NCBI GenBank assembly: GCA_023515725.1
Contig: JALDTO010000098.1
Location: 28,615-92,614, forward strand
Source of the DNA: Amoeboaphelidium protococcarum X5
Lineage: Eukaryota; Fungi; Aphelidiomycota
Direction of reading: 5' to 3'
DNA length: 64,000 nt
Of the stretch, positions 1 to 14,999 are shown one piece after another. The notes below the pieces were generated by a model. That model searched no databases. It was given only the letters and a program-made list of their open reading frames with translations, and was not told the origin of the DNA. The position numbers and the translations under genes are program-made. Each line of letters opens with the position of its first letter. The first letter of the stretch is position 1.

Positions 1-1286
1 CTACTATACAGTCTCCACGTACTGGGCGAAGGCGGCGTTCTTCATACACTTCACCAGAGTATTCTTAGACTCCTAGAATCCTGTAGCATACACACTATAC
101 AATCTCAGCTATTCCGCAAATGAACCAACCAATTACCCGATGCAACTGTACTCATCCCACCCATCAATGACTGATTTGAAATTATTTACAAACTATTTGT
201 GCTTATCAGCAATATCCTCCACATTCATGAAAATTGTGCTGATAATCTCCGGGTCGATACCCATCTCTTTAGCTAGGGAAGACATATGACTATGCTGAGG
301 AGATGGTGCATTACCCGATGAACTGGATGGTGCCAGACTAGGCTGAGATGAGACTTTGTCCACAGAGTAACCGGTAGAAGATGATAAAGAATCCTGAACT
401 CCACACAGTGAACGTAGTGGTTTCAGGAATAGCCTCACCAGTTGATCCAGCTATGTCACATAATTCACTTCTGTAGAGTATAATTCCATCACGACGCGTG
501 TCCTGTGAGGCTAATACTTCTGTGCCAACTTACTGTACTTTTCCACCGCTAAGAGTCCACGCACCTAATGCCTTCTTACGCATGACTGAACCAGAGTAAT
601 ATCTCTCAAAGTACGCAAATACCTCTTTCTCTACAAATACATTCTTACCACACTCTAAATGATAATCACAGCCTTTCGCTACTCGGTAGAATAATTGTCC
701 GTCTACTTAGTCTAAATCGAGGTGGACTTGACAATAACATCTTCCGTGATTATTGATACGGATTTGCCAGTGCTCCAAATAGAATCCACTCCAGGCTTTA
801 AAACAATATCAATCTCGGCAGAATCCATAGCAATGACGACGTTAGAGTACTACCGCCAGTAGCTGAGTAGGATTTACATCTTGTGCCTAGTATCGCATGA
901 TAGTTCAAACAATGGCAAGCTGATCGCGGCATCTCCGCTCTTACGCCATGCAATACCAAAAGAAATATCCTTGATAGATGTAACAGAGAATTTCTAAGCC
1001 ACGCGTCTGTTTCCCTCAACCAGGAGACAGGTGAAGTGAACGGTGCCCTGATCAAGAGCATCGACAACCTTCATCTCTGACACGTCGTCATCAATTCTCT
1101 AGATACAAATCGACACGGCCACAATCTTATTCCAGAATCCAAACAGTCCAGTCGGTCTTTGCAGCATTTTACTTTCAATGCGAAGCACCTACATATAGAG
1201 CGATGAGGGAGTATGAAGTCAATCGATCAATTTTACTTTTAAATGATTTTTACCTCCCCTGAATTCTCTGTAATCGAATCACTCAT
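1..1286 (-). CDS. RhoGEF (DH domain) protein with IQ motifs; 3' end runs off the window; intron 1189-1253
   Basis: With TAR=Gln it is open from ATG 1286. IQ-like motifs AVIIIQSVVRMYLQRKRY and LVQSCVRRHQVR; DH-like RTRVVMELYSTEVNYVTQLDQLVRLFLKPL ... IFMNVEDI ... CIGQLV..LRLYSVY. GT..TGTAG intron keeps the frame. Confidence 0.8.
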
Positions 1287-1882
1287 CTTGGCTCGAGTCA
1301 ATTCAATTTCTCGCGCTTCAGTTGTAAAAGATGGAGATATGCCTTGAAATTAAGATGATGCAATAATTTTTGTAACTGATGCAATATATAAAGGACTGAA
1401 AAAAGTTAAGAATATCACACTCCCAGTTAATTGTAAAGGGATTTAACAACGACAACAATCTTCATCAATCAATAAGCTAAAAATAGACCGCGTCGTTTCA
1501 TCAGGTTGATCTCGCAATTCTTTGGGAAATATGATTCACATGTCATTCTATATAGACTACACTATAGTGTTCAGAACTATCATTTGAGCCATTGTATCTT
1601 AGAACATAACATTACATAGGAATGTCTCAAGAAAATTATGCATTATCTAGATTGAGTGATCTAAAGGGGATGACTCTGCATCGATGACCACGATTTTCAC
1701 ACGCTGTGGTTGTAATCAGTTTCATGATGACTACATTGTGACGACGACACCACTGGTATTATTCAACTATGACTAACCCGTGCTGATATAAGCTCGACAC
1801 ATACCAGATCCCTCTCTTCTTACAATATAACTTTTATAACTTGTATATCTAAAATATATTACACCTACTTTACTATATATCA

Positions 1883-2590
1883 ATGAATATGTTTGGACTT
1901 GGAAAGCATCGTCATTAGAACAAAGAGACAGAGAACGTTCCATTCAACAAGGAGTCGCAGTCACATCATCATGTCAACGCTGCTGAGATTGTGAAGAATC
2001 CTGACAAGGTTGTACAGAGAAAGCATGCTGACATCGTGGTGAATAACAAGGAAGTCCATGAGGTGACCGAAGTCTAGCCAGTGGTTGAGAGACGTCGTGA
2101 GCATGAAATCCACAAGCCTGTCGTTGAGAAGAAGCAGGAGCACATTGTGGCTCCAGAGTAGCATGTCCAGGCTCAGCTGCCTACTCAGCACCGTGAATTC
2201 GCTGCTCCTAAAGCTGATATCACTGGCCAGTTGAATGCTGAAATGCAGAAACATCGCCCTGTGGAACGTGGTGTATCTGTTGATAAGTAGACTGTGGTTA
2301 ACCAACCTCAAATACATGAACACAATTCTGTCAAGGTTGTGGAGGAGATCTAGCCAGTGATTGAGCGTGAAATTGAACAGCACAAGGTGATCCACACTGT
2401 GCAGCCTATCAAGGAGCGTGTCATTGAAACGCCTCAAGTTCTGCCAGTTGAGGTGAGAGAAGTCAAGGGTGGTTAGTTTACCGCTACTGTAACTGATCCT
2501 AATATTGCTGCAGCTGGTCCTGACGACACCACATCATTAGGCACTTCATCTGCAAGCAGTTCCGATCTTGAGCAAGAACGCCGTCTATGA
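1883..2590 (+). CDS. V/E/H/K-rich repetitive protein resembling fungal 'allergen'-type hypothetical proteins (235 aa)
   Basis: ATG 1883 to TGA 2588-2590 with TAR=Gln. Repeated motif EV(T/E)E(V/I)QPV(V/I)ER..E and IHTVQPIKERV. Confidence 0.7.
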
Positions 2591-2787
2591 GTATCCTATA
2601 TCTCTGCTGGATTCAAGGACAAACTGGTGACATCGTGATATCGACAATGTGAACTTTATTAATAAGCGGCCTGTATGAAATATATGAAATTGAAATTTAC
2701 AATATCTGAATCTTTAACTAAACAGTTTTTATTGATCACTTTTATGATCATCCTTATAACAATCCACCACAGCAATGATACATAAGA

Positions 2788-4167
<1,380 letters not shown>

Positions 4168-4260
4168 ACTTGCTATAAACTATACGTAATATATTGCGTA
4201 ATAGGCGATGACACTAGCTTTAACTACAAAGAATGAAAGAATTGTTCCGCTGACTGACTA

Positions 4261-4281
4261 TCTCTGTCTCTCTCTCTCTCT
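4261..4281. repeat. (TC)n microsatellite in the RPT2/APC10 divergent promoter
   Basis: tctctgtctctctctctctct. Confidence 0.7.
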
Positions 4282-4505
4282 TTCAATGGAAGAAACGTGC
4301 AGTGAAATCTCACAGAAGAAGCGACAGCTGAGAAAGTCTTGTCTGACGACTGAATGAACGAACGCGACAAAATTTTTAAACTGTTTCACGCACGAAATAT
4401 TCTCATCATCCGCTGCCTTATACTAACCCCTAAAAAGTGAATTAAAGCTTAGTTTTGTCAATTTCGTTTTATTACTTAGTAATCAACATAGTCTCATAAG
4501 ATAAG

Positions 4506-5276
4506 ATGTTGTCATCGAAAATTGGTGAGATTGAAAGTGCGAATAAGCTGAGTCTGAGATAGTTTGAGAAGGATGTATCTACTAAAGTGTAATGGTCAGT
4601 GAGTTCAGTTAAGGCGGCTTATAATGTTTACAAGTTGATCGATAATGATGTTTCTACGTACTGGCAGTCTGATGGGAACTAGCCTCATGAAATTGTAATT
4701 ACGATGGATCCGCAGGGGAAAATGATTCCTATAAGTAGAGTTTTGATTTATTGCGACTGGAGATTAGATGAGAGCTATTGTCCGCGAGTGATTGTTGTGA
4801 AGGCGGATGGGGTGGAAGTGGAGCGAGTTCAAGTTCCCGGTGATTTAGACGACGAGCAGCGAGACAGTATGGACGCTGATGTTGAAGAGAACGAGCGATG
4901 GTGTGAAGTGGATTTTGGATCATTGTTATAAGATGAAGAAGATTCCATCGATGGTCCATCTACTGCAGATTAAAAATTGTTCAGATGCAACAAGATATCC
5001 TTATCGATTGTTTCAAATCACTAGAATGGAAAAGATTCGCACATTCGGCTGATTAAAGTTTACGCGTCCACTTTGGATGAAACGCGTCAATATGAGGAAG
5101 ATTAAGACTTTCGCATGGTAGATCGGCAAGTTTATCCGTTACAAAGAAATGAACATCCACAGTAGTAGTAGAAGAAATTTACTTAATTGCAAGATTTGCA
5201 GAGACAAGCTGAGGCAGCCCTTGGCACAAGAAAAGGGGAGAGATCATTTGTTGAAAGAATGTCTCTGATTCGCTGA
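4506..5276 (+). CDS. APC10: Anaphase-promoting complex subunit 10 / Doc1 (256 aa)
   Basis: TYWQSDGN[TAG]PH, LDESYCP, NH[TAG]NGKDSHIRLIKVY and the diagnostic C-terminal IR tail (MSLIR-TGA). Confidence 0.93.
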
Positions 5277-5457
5277 TTCTCCATCCCCTGGTCACAATAC
5301 GAGGAGCGGATGTTGTATGAGTGCGGAGGATGTGATAAATGGCTCTTGATATGCTCTTCATTCTCTCTTCTTTCTTCTGTCTATATATCTATTATTTTGT
5401 AAAAATATCTATACTTGTTTCCTAAAAGTTTGCATCCTTACTTATCGTTTCAGAAAG

Positions 5458-6471
5458 ATGATTGTTAGTTATACCTTGATTGCATCTTGCTTGCTCGCTG
5501 CCTCTCTATCTGCCCCAGTGCAAACACCTGATTATGCACCAAAGAATTCGGTCAAAATTGTGCTGGACTGTGCTGCTTATCTGTGCACTAATAATCTGAC
5601 GCTGGCTGACTTGAACAATTCCACTCAGCCAATCTTGCCTAAAGCTGCTTATAACGTTACTGCTCCTGTCTAAAATGGTACCAGTAACAATTCACCTGCT
5701 CCTGTCCATCATGATACCAAAAGTAATTCCACTGCTCCTGTCTAGAATGGCACTGCTTCTGTTATAGTCACCCCGACTGACAATGTCATCCCAGATGTGC
5801 CGCATCAATAACAGCATAATACCACATCCACTATCATTCTGATTCCAAGCTCTACTTCTTCTTCCACCTAGACTCCATCAGCTACTCCAGCTAAGCCAAC
5901 TTTCCTCAGTGTCGGTAACGTGCAAAGCTCTGATCAAGACACTCACACTGGTGGTAGTGGATTTTTCGGTGGAGACTCTGGTGGAGTTGACGCGTCCGGT
6001 AATGGTGTCAACAACAATCTGACAGGCAATGGTTCATAGATTGACAAAGCTGAAGTTGGTAACGCGCTGAATGTGTCGTCTGACGTTAAAACTGGAAATG
6101 GTCGTGGCTGGGGTAGCTCAGGAGGTCAGTCCAATGTGGGTAACTCTATTAACAATAGTGCCACTGGAGCTTAGAACACCACTGTGGGTAGTCTCAATGT
6201 TGGTAATACTATCTCCACATCGTAGGACTCCAATACGGGTAATGCTGGTTCATTTGGTGGCAGCTCTGGATAGATTGAAAATTCAGGTAACGGATAGGAT
6301 AATCACGTCAATCTGGCGCCAGATTAACAGGGCGAAATCAATGGTGCAGTTGGAACGGTCCAAGGCTCCGGCTCATCTACCTCTACCGGTAGCAACGGCG
6401 TGCTCAGTTTTGGCGGCCAGACTGGTTCAGTTAAAGGATCAGGAAATGGTCTCGGAAACACCATCAACTGA
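5458..6471 (+). CDS. Secreted protein: signal peptide, P/T/S linker, four ~48-aa G/S/N-rich repeats (337 aa)
   Basis: MIVSYTLIASCLLAASLSAP signal peptide. Repeats of the form VGN..S....TG..GFFGGDSG....GN. Ends in TGA. Confidence 0.85.
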
Positions 6472-6955
6472 ACACATCATACAAGAGCTTAAAGTAAGTA
6501 TTTCATAGAGATGTTGTGATAGAATGTTAGTAATAAAGAGTTAAAATTGTTTAATCTATAAATCGTAAGTTTCATATTTACTGCAATTCATGGGCAGGCA
6601 TTGTCACGTCTTGTGATTATGCATCGCGCGATATTATATGAACATTTCAATTACTTTTCAATTTATTAATCTCTAGCTAGCATATCACCTGATTTAAATC
6701 AGACAGATGTCTATATTTTTAAAATACGTAGTCTTTGCTAGTACCAGCTATGTCAGAGTCAACTGACTATTGAGTCACGATGGTTTGGTACTCCTTATCA
6801 GCTGAATCGGAGTTGTGATCCAGGAGTCATTTTGATATGCTCCAATAGATTTCTGCTCCAGTCTCTCTTCTTGTCTTTCAACATAACTGATAATTAATTT
6901 GACATAGTTTTAATCTGCTACTATTTGGTAACTATAATAATACCGTGTATTGAAT

Positions 6956-7759
6956 ATGTTAATCAATTCCTTCGCTTTTGCGGTGTGCTCCTGCTTAGTT
7001 GCGCTGGACTCTATCTAGGCTAATCCTATCCCTCAGACTTATGGCGCACAGCCTGCCAATCCAGTGCCAGCACCGGCACCAGTTGCACCTGCCCCATCTG
7101 CTACTTAGCCAAGCGCGCCACCTTAGTAAACACCAGCTGTGGTCCCTCCTGCTCCATCTCTTCCTCAAGCCAAAGCTGAGACTCAGAATATATCCGTTGG
7201 TAATGTGAAGAATGCTCAGCAAGACGCGTCCACTGGTAAATCTGGATTCTTTGGTGGAGACAGTGGTGATGTCAGCAAAGCAGGTAATGCAGTGGGTAAC
7301 AGCTTTACATCCAATGGCTCTACTACTGAGAATGCCGAAGTTGGTAATGTAGCTAATTCCAGCTCCGAGACCAAGACTGGAAATGGGCGTGGCTTTGGTG
7401 ATTCCGGTTCAATGAACTCTGTGGGTAATTCCATCAATAACTCTGCATCAGGTTCATCTGGAGTTGATTTAGGGTCCGTAATTGTTGGTAACTCCATCTC
7501 TACCTCGTAGAAATCGGATACTGGTAAAGGTGGTTTCTTTGGCGGTGACTCTGGAAGCATCAGCAATTCTGGTAACGCGTAGAACAACAACGCAGATTTT
7601 AGTTCTTTTAGCTCTGGCTCTATCGGCTCTGTAAATGCGCAGATTGGTACTGTTAGTGGCTCAAGCTCTGAAATATCTACCGGTAATACTGGCTTCTTTG
7701 GTGGTGGTAGTGGTGAAGTGTCCAACACTGGTAACGGCCTCAACAATAGCATAAATTGA
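6956..7759 (+). CDS. Tandem paralog of the preceding secreted G/S/N-repeat protein (267 aa)
   Basis: Signal-like MLINSFAFAVCSCLVAL, PAPA-rich linker, the same four repeats and the same GNGL.N.IN-TGA ending. Confidence 0.85.
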
Positions 7760-8011
7760 ACGTTAAATGAAACAGAAATATTTGAATTGTGATAATAAAT
7801 AGACGTGGTTTAATTTTTCAATTGATTTTTGTTGAAAAGGTATCGTTGTATCTTGTATTACTGTAACCATTGCTTCTTACTAACTTAGTTCACAAGAATT
7901 GGCAACACTTTATGTCGTTGTAGATCAGCCTGTTTAAGTCATCTCAAATTATAAAGATTCCAAATTTATTAAATATTAAAATGAAAATTAGACAACATTC
8001 TATCAAAGAGA

Positions 8012-9058
8012 TCACAAATTAGTAAAAGGATAAGGTACAATGTACTTGGCATCGACGACGCGTCTGCGGCCGTCATCCTCTTCAAACTGAACAACATAGG
8101 AGTAGCCGCTAGACGTGTTGATATCCAACTTTGGTCCTTCCAAGTATGTCGCTCTATACAGACAAGAAGTGTCCGGGAAGAGGGCGAGAACCACAGCCTG
8201 AGCACTAAACTTCTTCGTACTCTCATCAAGTATGACAATGTTCTTTTCACTTACACGATATCTCTTGCGATACTCAGCGCTAGTCGGATCAGGTTCCGCG
8301 TCTTCAACCTCAAATCTAACTTACTACTACTCACCAGAATTAGTGTAAAAATCGGAATCTTAGGTGGGAGAAAGTTGCTTAATTATTCGAGCCAGAATCC
8401 ATATATCGTCAGCGTTAGACTTATGCGTATTGATCGCCACCATCTAATTAGGCTCCCACTATCCAATGGCATTAACCTTAGTGTCATTTTTACTATCTTG
8501 ATCTAGGCGCCTCTTTTTAATCCGTTCATTACTAGCTGAATTAGGAATCTCTGGCTTCTTGATAGATCCGTGATCTTGGGCATCTTCATCATCTTCACTG
8601 ATATCGCCAAGCAGTAACGCAAGCTGGTTATCAATTGCATTTAGCAACTTATTTTCATCTTACGTCTTTTATATAGCAGAACTGTACAACTTTCTGCACT
8701 TTTTAGAGTACTTGAGTTAATTTTAAATGCCATCGGAGTCTAGCACAGTGCCAGCGGGAGGATACATGATGCCAGGATTTTTGCGCATCTTTGAGTGGAG
8801 CCTGTTCAGTGTAGAGATGTATTCAACAAGCGCAGAGTGACTATCCGATATCTGAGTTAACAATTTCCTTAGCGAGTCATTTCCCTGATTATCTTACTAG
8901 AATTACATACTCTACGGTGACTACTGAGCAGCTGCATTACCTCCACTACCACTACCACCTAGTAAAGACGGATCTATCGTCACTGGAAACAGCGGCTCAG
9001 TATCAGATAAAGTTCGCTTTAATTTATATTGTTGTGCCAGCGGAACTTAATTCGACAT
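8012..9058 (-). CDS. SGF29: SAGA subunit Sgf29 (tandem Tudor) (348 aa)
   Basis: WILARII, FEVEDAEPD, VLALFPDTSCLYRAT, YVVQFEEDD. Frame is continuous from ATG 9058 to TGA 8012 with TAR=Gln. Confidence 0.88.
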
Positions 9059-9686
9059 TGCCCAAATTTACGCCAAGTGTTCAAATACTCAAAATGTTCA
9101 CCAAGATAAGCGGAGATATATACAACACAAAAGGGTTTTGGTAAAGATAAAGATTGAAGGAGAAGAGACGCGTCTCTCGTCAGAGATTATTATGTAAATG
9201 GCTGGCTTTATCTTGAATAATTTGGCGCTTTTTGAAGTAGTTTTGACAAGAAATATATTGTCCACACCAAGAACAAGAACGTAAATTTGCATGTGGAATA
9301 AAGTGTTGATGTCGAACCTGGAGCGAAATACTACCCGACTAGTCTTAATGTGATCCGTACTCATTCATGTCGCAGCATAAGACTACACAAAAAGTTGACC
9401 CTGACCTATGCTTTGATGCGCGTCCTTAGCAACTGATTTATATTTCATTAAATGGTCAGACTAATGCCTCATAATTAATGATTATCTTTCTCTTAATTAC
9501 AGCATATGATACTTGATTAGATCATGCGCCTCTTCTATCCTAATTTCAAACCGAATCTTATTTACTGCCCAGTAAGTCTAAAGCTTTGCTATTTGTGGTA
9601 AAAAATACATATAATTAATGTAATAATTGACTTAAACTATGTAAAAATGCAGTAAATTTCAAAGACAGTGCTTGTGGTCAAATATA

Positions 9687-9747
9687 CAAATGTGTGACAA
9701 TTGTCTCACATGGCTAATCTCAACCTGTGACAATTGTCACACATTTG
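9687..9747. repeat. 61-bp nested-palindrome element, copy 1 (flanked by TA on both sides)
   Basis: CAAATGTGTGACAATTGTCTCACATGGCTAATCTCAACCTGTGACAATTGTCACACATTTG; 19-bp terminal inverted arms, each containing a GACAATTGTC palindrome. Confidence 0.97.
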
Positions 9748-9863
9748 TAAACTATTGATATAAGACTAAAATACAATTTCTCTAAGAAATTTAAAGTACA
9801 TATACTAATTATATGCCTAGCTGAGTACAAAGAAAGTCTTGGTTGAGCAAAGCGCATTGATTA

Positions 9864-9924
9864 AAAATGTTTGACAATTGTCTCACATGGCTAATCTCAA
9901 CCTGTGACAATTGTCACACATTTG
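9864..9924. repeat. 61-bp nested-palindrome element, copy 2
   Basis: 59/61 identical to copy 1, same orientation; flanks GATTA and CA. Confidence 0.97.
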
Positions 9925-10166
9925 CAAGAAGGAGCAGGAAACACTGATAGAGAGATAAGACCCGCAGGCTTTACGCCTAGTTGTCTCCATTATCGATTTA
10001 AAGCACTTTCACCATATTTTCTCCACGTATGGCGGCGACGACAGTGACACAAGCAAAAACTTCACGCGCGTCGGCTTATTACATTTACACCCTGATGGTA
10101 TCGCAAGGCGTGAACCGTTTCAGAATCATCTCATCCTGACAAACTCAATCAACTTCTAATATTGAA

Positions 10167-11858
10167 ATGACACGCTAGTAAGACGCGGCCATAACTATTG
10201 ATGAATCCTCTAAAGAGGATACTGAACTGATAAGTTAATATCTTAATCATCTGACAGTTGAGAGAACTGAATCTGGTATGATAAATTTGCCAAAATTATG
10301 GCAAAAGCTCCCTTCAGCCAAGACTCTGTGGTCACATGACTCTAAATCAAGGAAACTATTTGACAGGTGGAAAAATAGTGAACAAGGAGTGCTTGCAAAG
10401 AAACTAAATAAGATTGAGAATACTTCAGACGTGACAATCGAATTGATCTTGCCTTTTCTGCGTAAGTTGGGAATGGATGAGCCTGTTATCAGTTATGGTG
10501 TGGCGGAGTTCAAAAAGCTGAAACAAGAAACTCAATCTATCACGTCGAGTTCTCGTGTATGCAACAAGGATGTAGTTGAAGGATTAAATCCAAATTCCTA
10601 ATAAAATTCTTCTCTGGCTTCAGAATCCAGTTCTAGTTCAGTTGACACTTCTAGTGCGCCAAAATCTCGTCTTTAGGCATCTTTAACGGATTAAGGTGTT
10701 ATCAAATCGTCGTGTGAAAGTGGTATTCAATAGATTGAGCTGCCTTCCTGTCACGGAGATGAGAGTTTGATATTGCCTTCACATTCCACTGACACTGAAT
10801 ACAAGCTGTCAATTGCCGACAATGCCAATGTACGCAATTACTTGCCAGACGCGTCTTAATTACAGGATGCTAAATGGTTAATTGAGTAAACATTGAGCAA
10901 ACTGCCACAAGTATTGCCAGAGTCTGACTTTCAGAAATTGCTGAAAAAGCCGCCTCATATTGGATCGCAGCGAATTTTGCTGGACAAGGATATTCTCTGG
11001 TAGTTTGGTACTTATTCTGAAGAAGTTTCACCTACGTTGCATGGTATTGTGGCTTGTGTGATGAAGGCTCTGCATCTACCAGTGTACTCTTAGGAAGTTG
11101 GACTGCTTTGCTTTGTTTTCTCTCTTCTATATCCACCAGCCGTTGTTTCAGACCTTGTGACAAGACTTTTAAAAGCCACGGGCGCTTGTGATTTGCCTCA
11201 GTTGCAGGCTGACTGCTTAGTGTTGGAGACTGCTATTGCGCAGATTCCTGGTTGTGGCCACGCCAACTAATTCCATAAAGGCTGGTTAGGCCAGTGTTAT
11301 GTGGTGAACTGGATGGCGTCTTGCTACTACAAGACTCCCCAATCCATCTTTGCCAAGTTGCCTGTGTGGTCTGCCTTTTGCTGCGCAGCGGATCCCAGAC
11401 GCGCGTTCTTGGCAATAACTGTGCTGCACTCGCTGATCGAGTTACCAACTAAGACTTTTGGTGACTTATTGCGCGCTGTATCCATCAAGCCAGGGAATCT
11501 GGTAACTATTGAATAGCTGCGGTCCCCGTTGTTTCTATAAGCAATGGAAATCTGTGATGTTGCCAATCTGAAGCCTGCTTCTCAATCTCTGGATATCTTA
11601 AACTTATTGCAGCGTGGCAATCATACGTGTTTTAAAGTGGATAGTTTAAAGTAACCTCTATAACTCGTCTAATCAAGCACTTTAACTGTGAAAGACATGT
11701 CAAAATGCCATGAATGTGCCGAGGAGAAGATTGCCGAGTGTATGTAGTGTAATTGCGCTTTCTGCTAAGCTCACGCATAATTGCATGCCAATCACGCCAC
11801 AACATTGGAAGACCCTGGCTCAGCTAACAGCTCGATGTCTGCGGCGACTACTCCTTGA
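10167..11858 (+). CDS. Orphan protein (563 aa) with C-terminal B-box-like zinc finger; lies between repeat copies 2 and 3
   Basis: ATG 10167 to TGA 11856-11858 is open only with TAR=Gln. C-terminal CHECAEEKIAECMQCNCAFCQAHAQLH (Cx2Cx7Cx2Cx4Cx2Hx3H). Confidence 0.75.
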
Positions 11859-12161
11859 ATTTGGACACAAGCATGGTCGAATGAAAATTTGTTGTGCTGT
11901 CGAAGCATACAACAATGAACAATGAACAATGAACAAAAAGCTATTATTTGACGACTATTGACTTATTCTTTTCTGTAACTGGATTCAAACAACGGACGCG
12001 TTTATTATTATGTGTTACACTTGGGATGAGGCACCTATAGACGCACTTATCCTCATATGTGCAAAAGGAGCTATTGCTATATATTATTATGTTACCCAAA
12101 GAAGGATTTCTAGATGATATTATGAAATTGAAAAGACGTTTGCTCAAAGGAGAGTCGATTA

Positions 12162-12222
12162 AAAATGTGTGACAATTGTCTCACATGGCTAATCTCAACC
12201 TGTGACAATTGTCACACATTTG
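12162..12222. repeat. 61-bp nested-palindrome element, copy 3
   Basis: 60/61 identical to copy 1, same orientation; shares the GATTA and CA flanks with copy 2. Confidence 0.97.
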
Positions 12223-12514
12223 CACACGAGCTGCCCAAATCAAATTTGGCTCTTTCCTGGTAAAATAATTATTGCAGCACAGTTTAAAACTCGTTCATGA
12301 TAAGATTCTAAATATTAGAAGCTAAAATAATACGCGTGATGGGTGAAAACTCAACGTTGTTTATCACTACTGTACTTTGCTCCTTCTCGTCCTCATTTCC
12401 ATCTTCGTTCGCATCGAATACGACATTCTTTATAGAGTGCAGAAATCATATCAACTTTACTTTTCATCGCCACTGTATCAGAGGATATAATAATATATTG
12501 TCATTTTATTATAT

Positions 12515-13887
<1,373 letters not shown>

Positions 13888-14078
13888 TTCATGTGTGATA
13901 ATAGTATAAAAATGTTCTGATCTGTACTACTGTTACGATGCATGTGTAATACCTTCTCACTATTATCATTGTCTCTCTTTTCTCTTTATCTGATTGATTG
14001 ATTGATTGAATTAATGCAGATCATTTGCAATCTGAATGATTTGATTTGAGATTGAGCGATTGCAACTAATAATTACTG

Positions 14079-14750
14079 ATGATAGATATTATATTACTAT
14101 GGATATGGAGCCTTGTTTTAGCTTTCGTTATAATTTAACACGTGTTTGAGATTGATTTGACATTGGCTGTAAAGTCTATCGTATCATTGTTATAGCCGTC
14201 TGTTGATAATACTCTTGATACCAGAGGGGGCGTCAATGATGCGATTGATAAACTGGAGTTGATGGAATTGACTTAAAAGTATGTTTTGATATTGAGTTAA
14301 AGTTAAGTGGGTGACAAAGTAAATGCTACTGAATTAGCTAAACTTGTGCTGTCATTAGACGCTTTCTAAAAGGCAAAGAATGTTCGTATTTCAGAAAATG
14401 CATTGGATAAAGTTTCTGCCCTTTTCGGCTATGTTAGTGTAAGGCGGTTATCCGATTTGAAGAGAGAAGCTTCCCTCTTAATACGCAAAAGTCGGTATCA
14501 CATACTGCGGCTATTAGCTGCTTTGGAGTAGATGCAAGTTAATGATGGTAGGGATGTGTCTGATGAATAGAGCCAGATCGAGTATTAATATCCGGCGCGA
14601 TTGGATTCGCCGATCAGCATTGCTGATAAAAAGGATTTGGATCACTTTGAGAGTTGTTGCTCAACAAGTGATGACACTTCAGATCAAGCTGATAAGGATT
14701 ATTCCCATTTAAATTTGTATAAAATTGATGACATGAAAATTATAGATTGA
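14079..14750 (+). CDS. Hypothetical protein with N-terminal TM or signal anchor (223 aa)
   Basis: MIDIILLWIWSLVLAFVII...; open to TGA 14748-14750 with TAR=Gln. No family recognised. Confidence 0.55.
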
Positions 14751-14927
14751 TTTTACGTTTTACGAGTTTTACGGGTTTTGTTTGGAGTTCTGCTTTTGAT
14801 GACGATGAACTTTGATGCGCCGTCTAATTGGAGGTGCTCTTCACTTCAAAAGCATAATAACGTACAATATGATCATAATGTACAGGCAAATAAAAATACA
14901 ATAGGCATTAAATGCAAAAAAAAGAAA

Positions 14928-14999
14928 CTCTCCGTCTGGGAATCGAACCCAGCTTACCCGCGTGACAGGCGGGGGTACTAACCAATATACTAACGAAGA
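14928..14999 (-). tRNA. tRNA-Asp(GUC)
   Basis: TCTTCGTTAGTATATTGGTTAGTACCCCCGCCT-GTC-ACGCGGGTAAGCTGGGTTCGATTCCCAGACGGAGAG, 72 nt with A/B boxes, followed by an oligo-T Pol III terminator. Confidence 0.97.

Noticed and set aside
9687-12222. CRISPR array interpretation of the three palindromic repeats
   Set aside because: Eukaryotic context, 61-bp unit, spacers of 116 bp and 2.2 kb, and no cas genes.
14928-14999. Possible suppressor tRNA responsible for TAR decoding
   Set aside because: The anticodon is GTC and the body is a standard tRNA-Asp.
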